46,780 nt of DNA from a virus (Duplodnaviria > Caudoviricetes), in the IMG/VR virus record IMGVR_UViG_3300050162_000282, positions 1-46,780 of that record. One strand, written 5' to 3'. How positions within the stretch are numbered: the first letter of the stretch is position 1; the number at the start of each line of letters is the position of its first letter. Position numbers and translations under genes: made by a program. Shown here piece by piece: positions 1-8,608 of the stretch. Under the pieces are notes generated by a model, which saw only the letters and a list, made by a program, of their open reading frames with translations, made no database searches and was not told where the DNA came from.

Positions 1-96
1 AGAAACATCTCCACCAACTTCGTTTGGCATTGTTAGCGATGTTAAAGATGAATTGTTGCTAACAGAAACACCTCCACCAACTTCACTTGGCATTGT
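1..96. repeat. Terminal overlap identical to 46685-46780 (circular assembly join inside a tandem repeat)
   Basis: Direct comparison shows the first 96 nt equal the last 96 nt. Confidence 0.95.
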
Positions 97-312
97 TAGT
101 GACGTTAAAGATGAATTGTTGTGAACATAAACACCTCCACCAACTTCACTTGGCATTGTTAGTGACGTTAAAGATGAATTGTTGTGAACATAAACATCTC
201 CTTCAAACCTAGCATCTTTGGGATTAACCTCATTATTATTAACATCTAACCAAACAGCGATTACTTCATTTCCAACTTTTCTTATTTCATATCTAGTTAC
301 TATTTTTTTCAT
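1..312 (-). CDS. 5' part of LRR-like 21-aa repeat protein spanning the circular join (continues into 45986-46684; ~336 aa if joined once)
   Basis: ATG at 312 reads MKKIVTRYEIRKVGNEVIAVWLDVNNNEVNPKDARFEGDVYVHNNSSLTSLTMPSEVGG..., in frame with ORF 45986..46777. Confidence 0.85.
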   Translation of the reverse strand, partial: MKKIVTRYEIRKVGNEVIAVWLDVNNNEVNPKDARFEGDVYVHNNSSLTSLTMPSEVGGGVYVHNNSSLTSLTMPSEVGGGVSVSNNSSLTSLTMPNEVGGDVS

Positions 313-520
313 TCTCAACCTCCCTTAAAGTTTTATTAATCTCATATTGTTTTTTAGGATCAGTTTCTAGACCATGTCTCTTAAACATAGCCGTTAATGT
401 TTTACTTTTGACATTAAACCTAACTGAAAGTTGACCAATTGTTAAGCCATCTTCTTTGTGAAGTTTAAAGGCTTTAATCATTTGTTCGTTACTAATAGTC
501 ATGATCAACTCCAGCATCAC
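293..520 (-). CDS. Small putative HTH DNA-binding protein
   Basis: LTIGQLSVRFNVKSKTLTAMFKRHG resembles an HTH. Confidence 0.55.
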   Translation of the reverse strand: MMLELIMTISNEQMIKAFKLHKEDGLTIGQLSVRFNVKSKTLTAMFKRHGLETDPKKQYEINKTLREVENEKNSN

Positions 521-671
521 TTAGTAATAGCCTTAGGTCTCCATTTAATATCTTTAAATCCCTAATCTCGTCGTAAGCTTGGTTTAGCTTTGTTTTTATT
601 TCTTCACACTCACATGCTTCATTAATAACATGCTCGCATCTTTTCTCTCCGCAAACTGCACAGTCATACAT
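492..671 (-). CDS. Small Cys-rich hypothetical protein
   Basis: CxxC and further Cys; overlaps neighbours in operon; start taken at the ATG matching the translated MSMYD. Confidence 0.5.
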   Translation of the reverse strand: MYDCAVCGEKRCEHVINEACECEEIKTKLNQAYDEIRDLKILNGDLRLLLSDAGVDHDY

Positions 672-693
672 GCTCATAATTACCCCTCGCTAT

Positions 694-945
694 TTAAACC
701 GCACTTCTTCTTTCACCGTTGCGATAATAATATCCACCATTGTTTTCTCTAGGCTCGCCTTCTTTGTTCATATTTCCACCATAGGGAAAATCTTCAATGA
801 TACCTCTATCAATTTCCCAAATCGCTTTACATGCTTTACAAGTCACCTCACTCTTATTTTTTGCAAATTCAAGAAGTAGAGATTTTGAATTGCACAAGCT
901 AACTGATCCGTTCGGGTAATTTTTATTTCTAATATGTATTTTCAT
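694..945 (-). CDS. Hypothetical early protein
   Basis: ORF with AGGA RBS, CKAC motif. Confidence 0.55.
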   Translation of the reverse strand: MKIHIRNKNYPNGSVSLCNSKSLLLEFAKNKSEVTCKACKAIWEIDRGIIEDFPYGGNMNKEGEPRENNGGYYYRNGERRSAV

Positions 946-1005
946 TTTTTTATTCCTTTAAAAAACCGGCCCTAGTAACCGGCCACACGTCGCACTGTAT
1001 ATTTA

Positions 1006-1146
1006 TTATTTAACTAGGATTTTCATTATCACCGTCCACATTCCCACATTGACCAAACTCACCGCCACACTTGCCCATAGTAGTCTTCCGATCAATGCCA
1101 TCCAAAAGAACGTCACTGTAAAAACTAAAATTAAAACTAGTGACAT
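1006..1146 (-). CDS. 46-aa two-helix membrane peptide (not in ORF track)
   Basis: Manual translation MSLVLILVFTVTFFWMALIGRLLWASVAVSLVNVGMWTVIMKILVK; start overlaps upstream gene end. Confidence 0.55.
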   Translation of the reverse strand: MSLVLILVFTVTFFWMALIGRLLWASVAVSLVNVGMWTVIMKILVK

Positions 1147-1334
1147 CTTTCTTCCTCGACCTTTGCCGCTTCATGCATGCTAATAACGTGATCGAGAATC
1201 AACTCAAGACGTTTCGGGTAAGTCGTTTGTTTCGCTGCCCATACGTCAATCTGTTCCATCGTAGGATAAATATAGCTATCCAATATTCTTTCTATTTTTT
1301 CTTTTTGCCTTACGCTAAATGCAATCGCACTCAT
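1137..1334 (-). CDS. Hypothetical protein
   Basis: ATGA overlap with the upstream gene. Confidence 0.55.
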   Translation of the reverse strand: MSAIAFSVRQKEKIERILDSYIYPTMEQIDVWAAKQTTYPKRLELILDHVISMHEAAKVEEERCH

Positions 1335-1891
1335 GACTTCACTCCTAGCTTTTCAAGTTCAAATTTCAATAATTGTAATTCTGGTTTTTTGTTTGAGACT
1401 AATTGCTGATTTGGTTTCTCTAGTTCGTAAAGATTTTCTACGCCTGCAATCTTTGCTTTGTTCAAATATGCTTTTGCCAACTCACGAAGTTGAGCTTTTG
1501 TTGTAGAGATCTCATTGTTTTGAATTGAGCAAAGATTCATCCATCCAAATCGTTCCGCTATAAAATACTTATCCCCTAAGTATGCTTTTGCTTCAGCAGT
1601 TTGTTGTGGCCCAAAACGTGAAATGCATTCAAAGATTTCGTTTGCAATAATATTTGCTTCGGAGTTTATATCTGCTTTTGGTTTTGCAAGTTCTATGATC
1701 TCTGCGACCGATGGAAAAAATTTGCACTCTTGTAAAATTTTACTAAAAGATTTTTTAAGCTCTACAACGGTAAGCTCTTTAGAAAGAAACTCCGTATATA
1801 TTTCAAGGCGGTCTTGAGGAATTGTTTCTTTCCCATATGCCTTAGCTAAATAAACTAGAGCGTTGAAAATATCCGCCTTTAACTTATCCAT
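1331..1891 (-). CDS. Putative helicase loader/replisome-associated protein
   Basis: KFFPSVAEI motif typical of phage loader-like proteins; directly follows the initiator. Confidence 0.6.
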   Translation of the reverse strand: MDKLKADIFNALVYLAKAYGKETIPQDRLEIYTEFLSKELTVVELKKSFSKILQECKFFPSVAEIIELAKPKADINSEANIIANEIFECISRFGPQQTAEAKAYLGDKYFIAERFGWMNLCSIQNNEISTTKAQLRELAKAYLNKAKIAGVENLYELEKPNQQLVSNKKPELQLLKFELEKLGVKS

Positions 1892-2711
1892 TTGCCACCT
1901 CCCATTTGTTCACATACGTGTCAACAGTTGGACGGTTAGAATTCTTGTTTGCAAAATCGCCTTTGCGTAATCGTTCAATGTTATTGTCACGTAGAATCCA
2001 ATCCAAATACGATCGAGGCTTTAATTTCGTTTTAAAGAAGTCTGACTCTAAACATAGGGCAAATATCGCAACCCAACTTTTCTCGTTAAATAAGGCCAAT
2101 TCTTTTTGTCTGGTAACGAATTTTGAAACAAGCATCGGATTGTGAAATGTTTCATAATAAGTTTTGTCGTTAAATTGCTTGGCAATCATTTCGTTGAAAA
2201 TATTTACAACCTGTGCGTAGGTTATTTTTTCATGATTGATTGCAAAATTAGAAATTGAGATCGTTTCCTTTTCTTTATCCTTATCTTTATCCTTATCTTT
2301 ATCCTTTTCTTTATCCTTATCCTTATCCTTATCCTTATCCTTATCTGTATCCATACTGTTTGCATACTCTATGGATACCCTTTGTTTTTTCTCCAGCTTC
2401 TCTAGTTTTTCTATAACGCTCTTGTGAACTTTTGAATTAGGATTTAGCTTCCCGTACTGAAAACCAACGAAGCTCTTTAAGAAAATTTTATCATTTTCTA
2501 CAACCTCAATTTTATCTGAAAATGTTTCAAGAAACTCTTCTTTAGATATTTGCTCGCCAACTTGGTAAGACATCAACCTAAAATTAATATCCCAAATTCC
2601 AGCATGGTCACAGTTGTCACAAATATAGTTCCATGCAAGCTTCATCTTTAAGTTTAATTCTTGATACCAAACCTTGTTCCACTTGTTTGTGTCAGTTAGT
2701 CTTTTAGCCAT
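1884..2711 (-). CDS. Phage replication initiator
   Basis: N-term MAKRLTDTNKW..CDHAGIW, central DK low-complexity linker, C-term LDWIL...LRKGDF; paired with loader. Confidence 0.7.
   Translation of the reverse strand: MAKRLTDTNKWNKVWYQELNLKMKLAWNYICDNCDHAGIWDINFRLMSYQVGEQISKEEFLETFSDKIEVVENDKIFLKSFVGFQYGKLNPNSKVHKSVIEKLEKLEKKQRVSIEYANSMDTDKDKDKDKDKDKEKDKDKDKDKDKEKETISISNFAINHEKITYAQVVNIFNEMIAKQFNDKTYYETFHNPMLVSKFVTRQKELALFNEKSWVAIFALCLESDFFKTKLKPRSYLDWILRDNNIERLRKGDFANKNSNRPTVDTYVNKWEVANG
2268..2346. repeat. Hexamer (TTATCC/TTATCT)n repeat encoding poly-DK
   Basis: About 13 tandem hexamer units visible. Confidence 0.9.
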
Positions 2712-2860
2712 TTCTTTTCTCTCCTTGAGAAAATAGTTTTCCGTGCGATCATTTCGATCGCCATTCCGTTGATATAAATTTCTATTGTTTGTTTATATTA
2801 TGTTGTTGCGTTGCCCATTATTCCCCCTTAAAATTATCGTGTGTTTAGTCATTAACAGCT

Positions 2861-3163
2861 CTTGAATTTCTTACATCAAAATTTTTTACATCAATTTTAC
2901 ATGGCTCATGTAAAGCTCAATGATTTTTAAGGAAACTCGGGGAAACAACTAAGACGAGATTCTTACTCGATAGATTTGTCTTATTAGACACTTATATAAT
3001 TTATAGCCATTTAACTTTACCTGCCCTTTTCGGTCAGATACAATTTATATTATATGAAGTAAATTGTGTTTCCTATTGGAGAAAAACTTAGTTCTTTGCA
3101 TTATCCTTGAATTTTTTTACATCATTTTTACATCATTCAAGTTCGAACTAAATTTTCTTACAT
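2861..3163. other. Probable attP region with integrase arm-type repeats (TTACATCA)
   Basis: Non-coding gap right after int; TTACAT(CA) clusters at 2871-2914 and 3117-3163; CTTGAATTT..TTACATCA on both flanks. Confidence 0.7.
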
Positions 3164-3174
3164 TGTTTCCTTTT

Positions 3175-4320
3175 CTATCCTCCAAATTCCACGATAGACA
3201 TTGCACTCTTTAAAAAGCTTTCTGATAAGTGAGAATAAATCATTGTTGAATTTATCGACTTATGTCCTAAGATTCTTGAGAGTGTATAAATATCTCCGCC
3301 ATTCATTAAAAAATGAGCTGCAAAAGTATGTCTAAGCCCATGTGGGCCTATGTCTGATACTTCAGCAATCGATGAAATTTTTGTTATAAAATTATTAATT
3401 ACGCGTTTTGATATAACGCTTGTTTCAATTAAAGTTGGTTTAGGCCCTCGCTTAAGTACAACTAAAGAATCGCGTTCATGACGATTTGAAAAAATAAAAT
3501 GGCTTCCTTCGTTTAATTCAATTTCTCTTTTTAAGAACTGAGTTGCCATTTTATTTAATGGAATTGTTCTGGCCTGATAATTTTTAAGCGAAGTTAAACA
3601 TAGCGTGCTCGCTTTAAATTTTGGTTCATTTGTTTTTGGCGAATAAATTGTGAATTGCGAAGTTAGTCTAATTACGCCTGTTTTAAAATCAATATCAGAT
3701 TCTTTTAATGCCAATGCTTCTGAAATCCTCATTCCGGTATTTATCATTACAACAAATAAAGAATAGTAAGGTGATCCTAAAGATGCCGCTAGTACCTTTT
3801 GAACTTCGTCCTTGCTCCAGTATTTGATTGATTCGGTTGGATTATAGGGGAGGGCGTTTCTCTGAAAATTATCCATCGGATTAACGTTGATATATTTCTC
3901 AACATTATTAGAAGCAAAATTTAATATTTCATTTGTAACTATTAATGAGTAGCTCACAATATATTCACTCGCATGCTTAAGTCTAAGCTGTTGTACAAAG
4001 CGATTTAGTGTGACCTGATTAATACTTCCAATTGCAAGGCTTCCGAGAATTGGACTTATCCATTTATTAAAATTTGATTTGTAATTTCTTACTGTAGAAT
4101 CTTTTTTGGTTTGTGATAAAAAATCTATATATCTTTCAAACACAACACTTAGGATTGTTTTATCTGATACTGTTTTATCAAATGTATTTCTTTTAAAATT
4201 ATTTAACTGCCTTTCATAGGCCTGAGCATCTTTTAATTTATCAAAGGATTTACTTTTGTAGTTCCCCCCGCCTAGATATACACGTACAACATATTTATCT
4301 TTGCGTTTTTCAATACTCAT
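3175..4320 (-). CDS. int: Tyrosine integrase
   Basis: GMRISE, HGLRH, LGH and catalytic Y; N-terminal arm-binding domain. Confidence 0.95.
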   Translation of the reverse strand: MSIEKRKDKYVVRVYLGGGNYKSKSFDKLKDAQAYERQLNNFKRNTFDKTVSDKTILSVVFERYIDFLSQTKKDSTVRNYKSNFNKWISPILGSLAIGSINQVTLNRFVQQLRLKHASEYIVSYSLIVTNEILNFASNNVEKYINVNPMDNFQRNALPYNPTESIKYWSKDEVQKVLAASLGSPYYSLFVVMINTGMRISEALALKESDIDFKTGVIRLTSQFTIYSPKTNEPKFKASTLCLTSLKNYQARTIPLNKMATQFLKREIELNEGSHFIFSNRHERDSLVVLKRGPKPTLIETSVISKRVINNFITKISSIAEVSDIGPHGLRHTFAAHFLMNGGDIYTLSRILGHKSINSTMIYSHLSESFLKSAMSIVEFGG

Positions 4321-4322
4321 TT

Positions 4323-4508
4323 TTACACGGCCTTATTACTTAGCACCCATTTTCTAATATCAGGTCTGTAGAATCGTACAAACCTTCCTAGATGAACATG
4401 GGGAATTTCTTTTCTGTGGCACATCTTTCTCAAGGTGCTAACAGCAATACCTAAATAATCGGCACATTCATGAACGTTCATTAATTCATCTCTTAATTTT
4501 TCAGTCAT
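4323..4508 (-). CDS. xis: Excisionase / MerR-like HTH_17 protein
   Basis: LMNVHECADYLGIAVSTLRK..IPHVHLGRFVRF; adjacent to int. Confidence 0.85.
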   Translation of the reverse strand: MTEKLRDELMNVHECADYLGIAVSTLRKMCHRKEIPHVHLGRFVRFYRPDIRKWVLSNKAV

Positions 4509-4521
4509 ACAAATACTCCCA

Positions 4522-4761
4522 TTACTCTAAAGCACTTCTATTTCGATCAAGCGAACTTATCGCAATCATGTCAAACTCAATATTTTCTAAACTTAGATTT
4601 TTTTGTGCAATTTCTTTTGCCTTATCAAGTAACTCAATTGAACTTGCTTCGAATCCGATATTAAAAAAGAATCCAGTTCGCTTAACTTGTCCTGATTCTG
4701 TTTTGCCGCTTGCTTGTATTTCAATTCTTTTCATTCTTATTTTCCTTTTCCTCAACATCAC
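4522..4761 (-). CDS. Hypothetical protein (true start probably MKRIEI)
   Basis: Operonic ORF. Confidence 0.5.
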   Translation of the reverse strand: MMLRKRKIRMKRIEIQASGKTESGQVKRTGFFFNIGFEASSIELLDKAKEIAQKNLSLENIEFDMIAISSLDRNRSALE

Positions 4762-4906
4762 GCTTTAAGAATTTTAAAATTTTCTTTCGCTCTTTTTCCA
4801 TCTCTTGAATATTGTCAAAATCAAAACCGATTTTTTCTTCATTCGACGTACTAAGTATTGTTAGAACCAAGTTAAGCATAGTCATTTTATTACCCGCAAT
4901 TTTCAT
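4721..4906 (-). CDS. Hypothetical protein
   Basis: Operonic ORF. Confidence 0.45.
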   Translation of the reverse strand: MKIAGNKMTMLNLVLTILSTSNEEKIGFDFDNIQEMEKERKKILKFLKRDVEEKENKNEKN

Positions 4907-5237
4907 AAAACTTATTAGAAATATCTAAGCAAGCTGGATTACTATCTTCGAAAAGATCATTCATTAACCGATTTATCTTCCACTCGTTTTCAACACTGTA
5001 ATTAAAATAAACTTCCCAAACAGAATCGATCTGCACAAGGTACAGATTTTCATACAAAGTAAATTCGACAGCAGAAAATTTTGATAGAACTTTTAAAGTT
5101 CTAATGAAGGATTCTTGTGGTGTTTTAATGGCAGACCAGTGTAAATAATATGAAGACTTTTTTTCTGGGCAATATACTAAGCCTTCGCCTTTATATTTAT
5201 CAAACCATTCAACGTAACCTAAATATTTTCTACTCAT
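4890..5237 (-). CDS. Cold-shock-domain protein
   Basis: GYVEWFDKYKGEGLV...YYLHWSAI matches CSD RNP1/RNP2; start moved to ATG 5237. Confidence 0.7.
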   Translation of the reverse strand: MSRKYLGYVEWFDKYKGEGLVYCPEKKSSYYLHWSAIKTPQESFIRTLKVLSKFSAVEFTLYENLYLVQIDSVWEVYFNYSVENEWKINRLMNDLFEDSNPACLDISNKFYENCG

Positions 5238-5247
5238 GTTCAACCTA

Positions 5248-5376
5248 CTATTCTTCGCAACTTGAGCAATGACATTCACCATCGCATTCACTGCAAAGGC
5301 CATAGCCTCTTTTAATTTCTTTATCGGTTAATTCCTGTCCACACTCTGCACATATTTCTTTTTCTTGGTTATCCAT
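5248..5376 (-). CDS. 42-aa Cys-rich zinc-finger peptide (not in ORF track)
   Basis: MDNQEKEICAECGQELTDKEIKRGYGLCSECDGECHCSSCEE fills the gap. Confidence 0.6.
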   Translation of the reverse strand: MDNQEKEICAECGQELTDKEIKRGYGLCSECDGECHCSSCEE

Positions 5377-5383
5377 AAAATAC

Positions 5384-5998
5384 CTACCTTATGAACTCAC
5401 GTGCCTTATTTATAAATTCTTGAACGTCTTTACTTGGTGTTTGCTTTTTTTCTTCATTTGTTTTGATGAACCAATCTAAAAGCCCTTTAACTTTTTCTTT
5501 TCCGGCCTCATTGAAAGTCATTCCTTTTATATCTTTTCCGTAGTTGATCACATAATTTCCAACATCTTCGCGCGGTTTTGTGAACTTATCTTTCTTCTCT
5601 TCACCTGTATCTTTTTTGTCATCTGGATCAACTTCGTCATCTAGTCCAAGTAATCCAGATAGGGCATATTTTCTTGCATAGCTTGAAGTTGCTCCAGTGA
5701 TCTGTGCTTCATCCATTCCCTTTTTAGTTAATGCTTCACGTGCAAATGCAGATGCTTCAATGCTCGACTCTCCATCTGTAATTGTTGCAGTTGATTTTAT
5801 ATAGTGCCTATCCCCGACTTGAATAATCTCATCGTTAAGCATAACCATTAGAGAATGACTTTTTAATAAAGGCTTAAGTGCAAACAAAATATCATCGGTG
5901 TCTCTGTACAGATATTTACCGAACTCATTCCATTGACCTTTAGGGACATAGATTTCGTCTTGTATTTGTGTTAATTTTTTTATGAATTCTTTGTTCAT
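5384..5998 (-). CDS. erf: Erf-family single-strand annealing protein
   Basis: AQITGATSSYARKYALSGLLGLDDEVDPD signature. Confidence 0.9.
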   Translation of the reverse strand: MNKEFIKKLTQIQDEIYVPKGQWNEFGKYLYRDTDDILFALKPLLKSHSLMVMLNDEIIQVGDRHYIKSTATITDGESSIEASAFAREALTKKGMDEAQITGATSSYARKYALSGLLGLDDEVDPDDKKDTGEEKKDKFTKPREDVGNYVINYGKDIKGMTFNEAGKEKVKGLLDWFIKTNEEKKQTPSKDVQEFINKAREFIR

Positions 5999-6001
5999 AT
6001 T

Positions 6002-6805
6002 TTATGCCCCTAGCTTATTAAAAACCCAATCTTGAAAAACAATTTCATTAATTTTTTTCTCGTAACCAAAATCTTTTAACGTGTCTGGATTTTCTAAAAA
6101 CTTTTTATATGTTTTTAGTGCTCTCTTGTATTGCATTCTGCCTAGTGCAATCTCAGCTTCTCCAATTAGAAAAGTATTAATTGCAAATGGTTTTGATGTT
6201 TCAATTGCTACAAAGTAAAATTCTTTTATGTTTGTGCCGTTTGCTTTGTTGTAAACATCCAAATAGAAAGCTGCTTGAATGTGGTATCCAAAATTAATAC
6301 ATGCTCTTATGAATCCATCACTGCTTGCATCTTGGCATGTTTTAATATCGATTAGGCAATTGTCTCCTAAGTAGTCTGGGCGGCATTTAATTTCTAACCC
6401 GGTCTCTTCATCAATTGCATAATAGCTATATTCAGCTTCTCCGCCCGAAAGCATTCCCATTGCTATTTCATGGGTTTTAAGATTTTCCAAAATGCCAGTT
6501 ACGATTTCAATTTGATCCTCAGAAAGGACAGTCTTCCCTTGTGCTTCTTGTTCGAATGCTTCAGCATTTGCCTTACCTTCTTTTGTTCTACGGTCAAACT
6601 TAGGGGAAACGATAAAATTAGATTTAAATTTTTCAGGTTCAAGAATGGCACAATGAACTGCACTTCCAAGATCAAGTGCTGCCGACTCTTTCTTCTCCTC
6701 AGTTAAGGCGTGCAAAAGACTCTTAAGAGATATTTTCTTTAAGAGAGTTGATCCAATCGATTTGTTGGCGTGATAAGCTTCGTTTGACTCTAGTATTTTG
6801 CTCAT
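6002..6805 (-). CDS. RecE/exonuclease VIII-like PD-(D/E)XK nuclease (DUF3799-like)
   Basis: YHA..IGST, GSAVHCAILEP, KCRPD..IDIKT, YHIQAAFY. Confidence 0.85.
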   Translation of the reverse strand: MSKILESNEAYHANKSIGSTLLKKISLKSLLHALTEEKKESAALDLGSAVHCAILEPEKFKSNFIVSPKFDRRTKEGKANAEAFEQEAQGKTVLSEDQIEIVTGILENLKTHEIAMGMLSGGEAEYSYYAIDEETGLEIKCRPDYLGDNCLIDIKTCQDASSDGFIRACINFGYHIQAAFYLDVYNKANGTNIKEFYFVAIETSKPFAINTFLIGEAEIALGRMQYKRALKTYKKFLENPDTLKDFGYEKKINEIVFQDWVFNKLGA

Positions 6806-7029
6806 TTATTTCTCTCCATCAAAAGGTCAGATATAGTAGGTTCTTCTTCGTCGTATCTGAAATCTGCTTCCTCTTCTTCGATCAAGGCCTCAAGTTTCTT
6901 ATTCACACAATCAACGCATAAAATTTCATCGGTGAACTTGTGAATCATGAGATCAAAATCTCTTCCGCATTCATTGCAACCGCACTTTTCAAAAAGGCGA
7001 GGATTGTTTTTGTTAGCAATTCTCATCAT
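6802..7029 (-). CDS. Small zinc-binding hypothetical protein
   Basis: CxCxxC...CxxC; GGAG RBS before ATG 7029. Confidence 0.55.
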   Translation of the reverse strand: MMRIANKNNPRLFEKCGCNECGRDFDLMIHKFTDEILCVDCVNKKLEALIEEEEADFRYDEEEPTISDLLMERNK

Positions 7030-7106
7030 GTTCTCCAAAAAAAGTCGCAAAAATCCGTTGTGTAAAAAGTACACTTATCTTGTTTAGTAAATTTAAATAG
7101 TGTTAA

Positions 7107-7340
7107 CTAAGCGGCAGAGTCGTCTTCTTTCTCAATTGGAAAAAGAATATCTTCGTCAAAGCCAAGTGCTTGCGAAATTTTTACTCTAACCTTATTAGTT
7201 TTTGGACAATTACCTTTAAGCGTTTGTCTTGCAGTTTCAGGTGCAACTGATGCAAGTACAGCGATAAGGCTTTTGGGATCTTGTTTCCCCTTTGTCCATT
7301 CTCTAAGTAGCTCAAGGTTAACTTTTCGTTTTTCTTTCAT
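7107..7340 (-). CDS. cro: Cro-like repressor
   Basis: Short HTH-like protein (KISQALGFDEDILFP) divergent from cI. Confidence 0.7.
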   Translation of the reverse strand: MKEKRKVNLELLREWTKGKQDPKSLIAVLASVAPETARQTLKGNCPKTNKVRVKISQALGFDEDILFPIEKEDDSAA

Positions 7341-7341
7341 A

Positions 7342-7419
7342 GGACTATTTTACTCCACTTTAGTCCAAAATGCAAATTACTTAGTCCAAAAATGGAATAA
7401 ATTCATAATTGGACTATAA
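7342..7419. promoter_or_regulatory. cI/cro operator region
   Basis: Four GGACTA/TAGTCC half-sites (7342, 7361, 7382, 7411) between divergent HTH genes. Confidence 0.65.
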
Positions 7420-7478
7420 GATGATAATTTAACGTAAAATTGAATACTGATTTATTACAAATTGAGTATAATAAGTTC

Positions 7479-7979
7479 ATGGTTGAGGAATATTTTTTTA
7501 AAAATTTGAGTTATTTACTTGAGAGGGATTCTCTCAAGCAATCTCATTTGGCAAAGAAGACTGGCATTCCACAATCAACTATAAAAAATTGGTTCTCTCG
7601 TAAGAGCTTACCGTCTTCCGATGCACTGAACAAACTTGCAATTGCATTCAATGTAAAGCCGCATTATTTTTTTATGGAGCCAGGTTCTCAAGAACTCCTC
7701 GCTCCTGTCACCGGCAAGACGCTCAACAAGCTTCTTGATCGATTGGCCCATGAGCACTTGACCGAAAGAGAATATAACGACTATCTAACGAATGGAGGGG
7801 TTGAAGGATTCACTAGAATACTTGTCAAAAACCTTGAGCATGAAACGTCAGTTGAATTCCCAGAGTATTTTTTAATTCTAAACAAAGAACTTCATAAATA
7901 TATTTCTATGTCATTGATGGAAAATTTGAGAGTGAAGCTTCGTGAAAGAGATAATCCGAAAAAAGCAGACGCGTCCTAG
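7479..7979 (+). CDS. cI: CI-like XRE-family repressor
   Basis: LKQSHLAKKTGIPQSTIKNW..LPSSDALNKLAIAFNV HTH_3; ATG 6 nt after TATAAT (7467-7472). Confidence 0.8.
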   Translation: MVEEYFFKNLSYLLERDSLKQSHLAKKTGIPQSTIKNWFSRKSLPSSDALNKLAIAFNVKPHYFFMEPGSQELLAPVTGKTLNKLLDRLAHEHLTEREYNDYLTNGGVEGFTRILVKNLEHETSVEFPEYFLILNKELHKYISMSLMENLRVKLRERDNPKKADAS

Positions 7980-8332
7980 TCTTTAAATATTTTCAAACCG
8001 GATTTCCCAGCGAGAATCTCGCTAACTTTAAGGCCAATATTGTTCCCCTTACTAACAACTCCTAGTGCGTCGAGTTCGATTAAAATCAAGCTTCCCGTAA
8101 AGATGATTACTTTTTGAAAATTTATTTGTTTCTCAAAATCAATTATCGTGCAATCGCGATAATCATAGTCTGCAATTATCAAATCAAAGTCTTTTCCACT
8201 TTCTAAAAAATCTTTAGGGTGCTTGAACCACTCAACTTTTACGTTGGGATTTCCAAGATTGATACTGTCAACGATTGAATCAGCGACCATTGAATTGTCT
8301 TCGATAACGGCAATAGTTGGATTTTTCTTCAT
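7976..8332 (-). CDS. Stand-alone response-regulator receiver (CheY-like) protein
   Basis: IAVIEDN, DLIIADY (phospho-Asp), IIFTG, VVSKG conserved. Confidence 0.8.
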   Translation of the reverse strand: MKKNPTIAVIEDNSMVADSIVDSINLGNPNVKVEWFKHPKDFLESGKDFDLIIADYDYRDCTIIDFEKQINFQKVIIFTGSLILIELDALGVVSKGNNIGLKVSEILAGKSGLKIFKD

Positions 8333-8482
8333 CTTTTCATCATGTACGAAATTTCAAAAACCAATCAACTTTTTTTAAAATTTTCCCTGATTTTGATATA
8401 ATAAAACTATATTCTTAAATTTTCTTAAAGATTTATACGCCCTAAAAAGGTGCAAAAATTGCCCACTTTGTATGTAAGCCAT

Positions 8483-8552
8483 AAATGTCCATACTTAATT
8501 GTATGTACATATTTAGCCACCCTTGATTGTGTGGACATGTATAGCCACCCTT
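8483..8552. repeat. Operator-like repeats upstream of RHH gene
   Basis: 26-nt imperfect direct repeats 8499-8524 and 8527-8552 (..TAGCCACCCTT) plus an inverted half-copy at 8483-8494. Confidence 0.6.
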
Positions 8553-8608
8553 TGAGATGATTCTCATTGCTATTTGGTCGGTTATGATTTAAAAAAACGA
8601 GGACTAAA

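Noticed and set aside
1-96. Biological direct terminal repeat
   Set aside because: Falls mid-gene inside a tandem repeat; best explained as assembly overlap. Circularity is likely but repeat copy number is uncertain
2698-2818. RBS-led mini-ORF MGNATT followed in frame by a further 34 codons (possible pseudogene or leader peptide)
   Set aside because: Too short to support; no recognisable homology; other genes show no sign of stop-codon reassignment
8572-8581. TTTGGTCGG upstream of the RHH gene (and a reverse copy at 34082) as extra sRNA targets
   Set aside because: Only 9-10 nt with no second pairing site; compatible with chance
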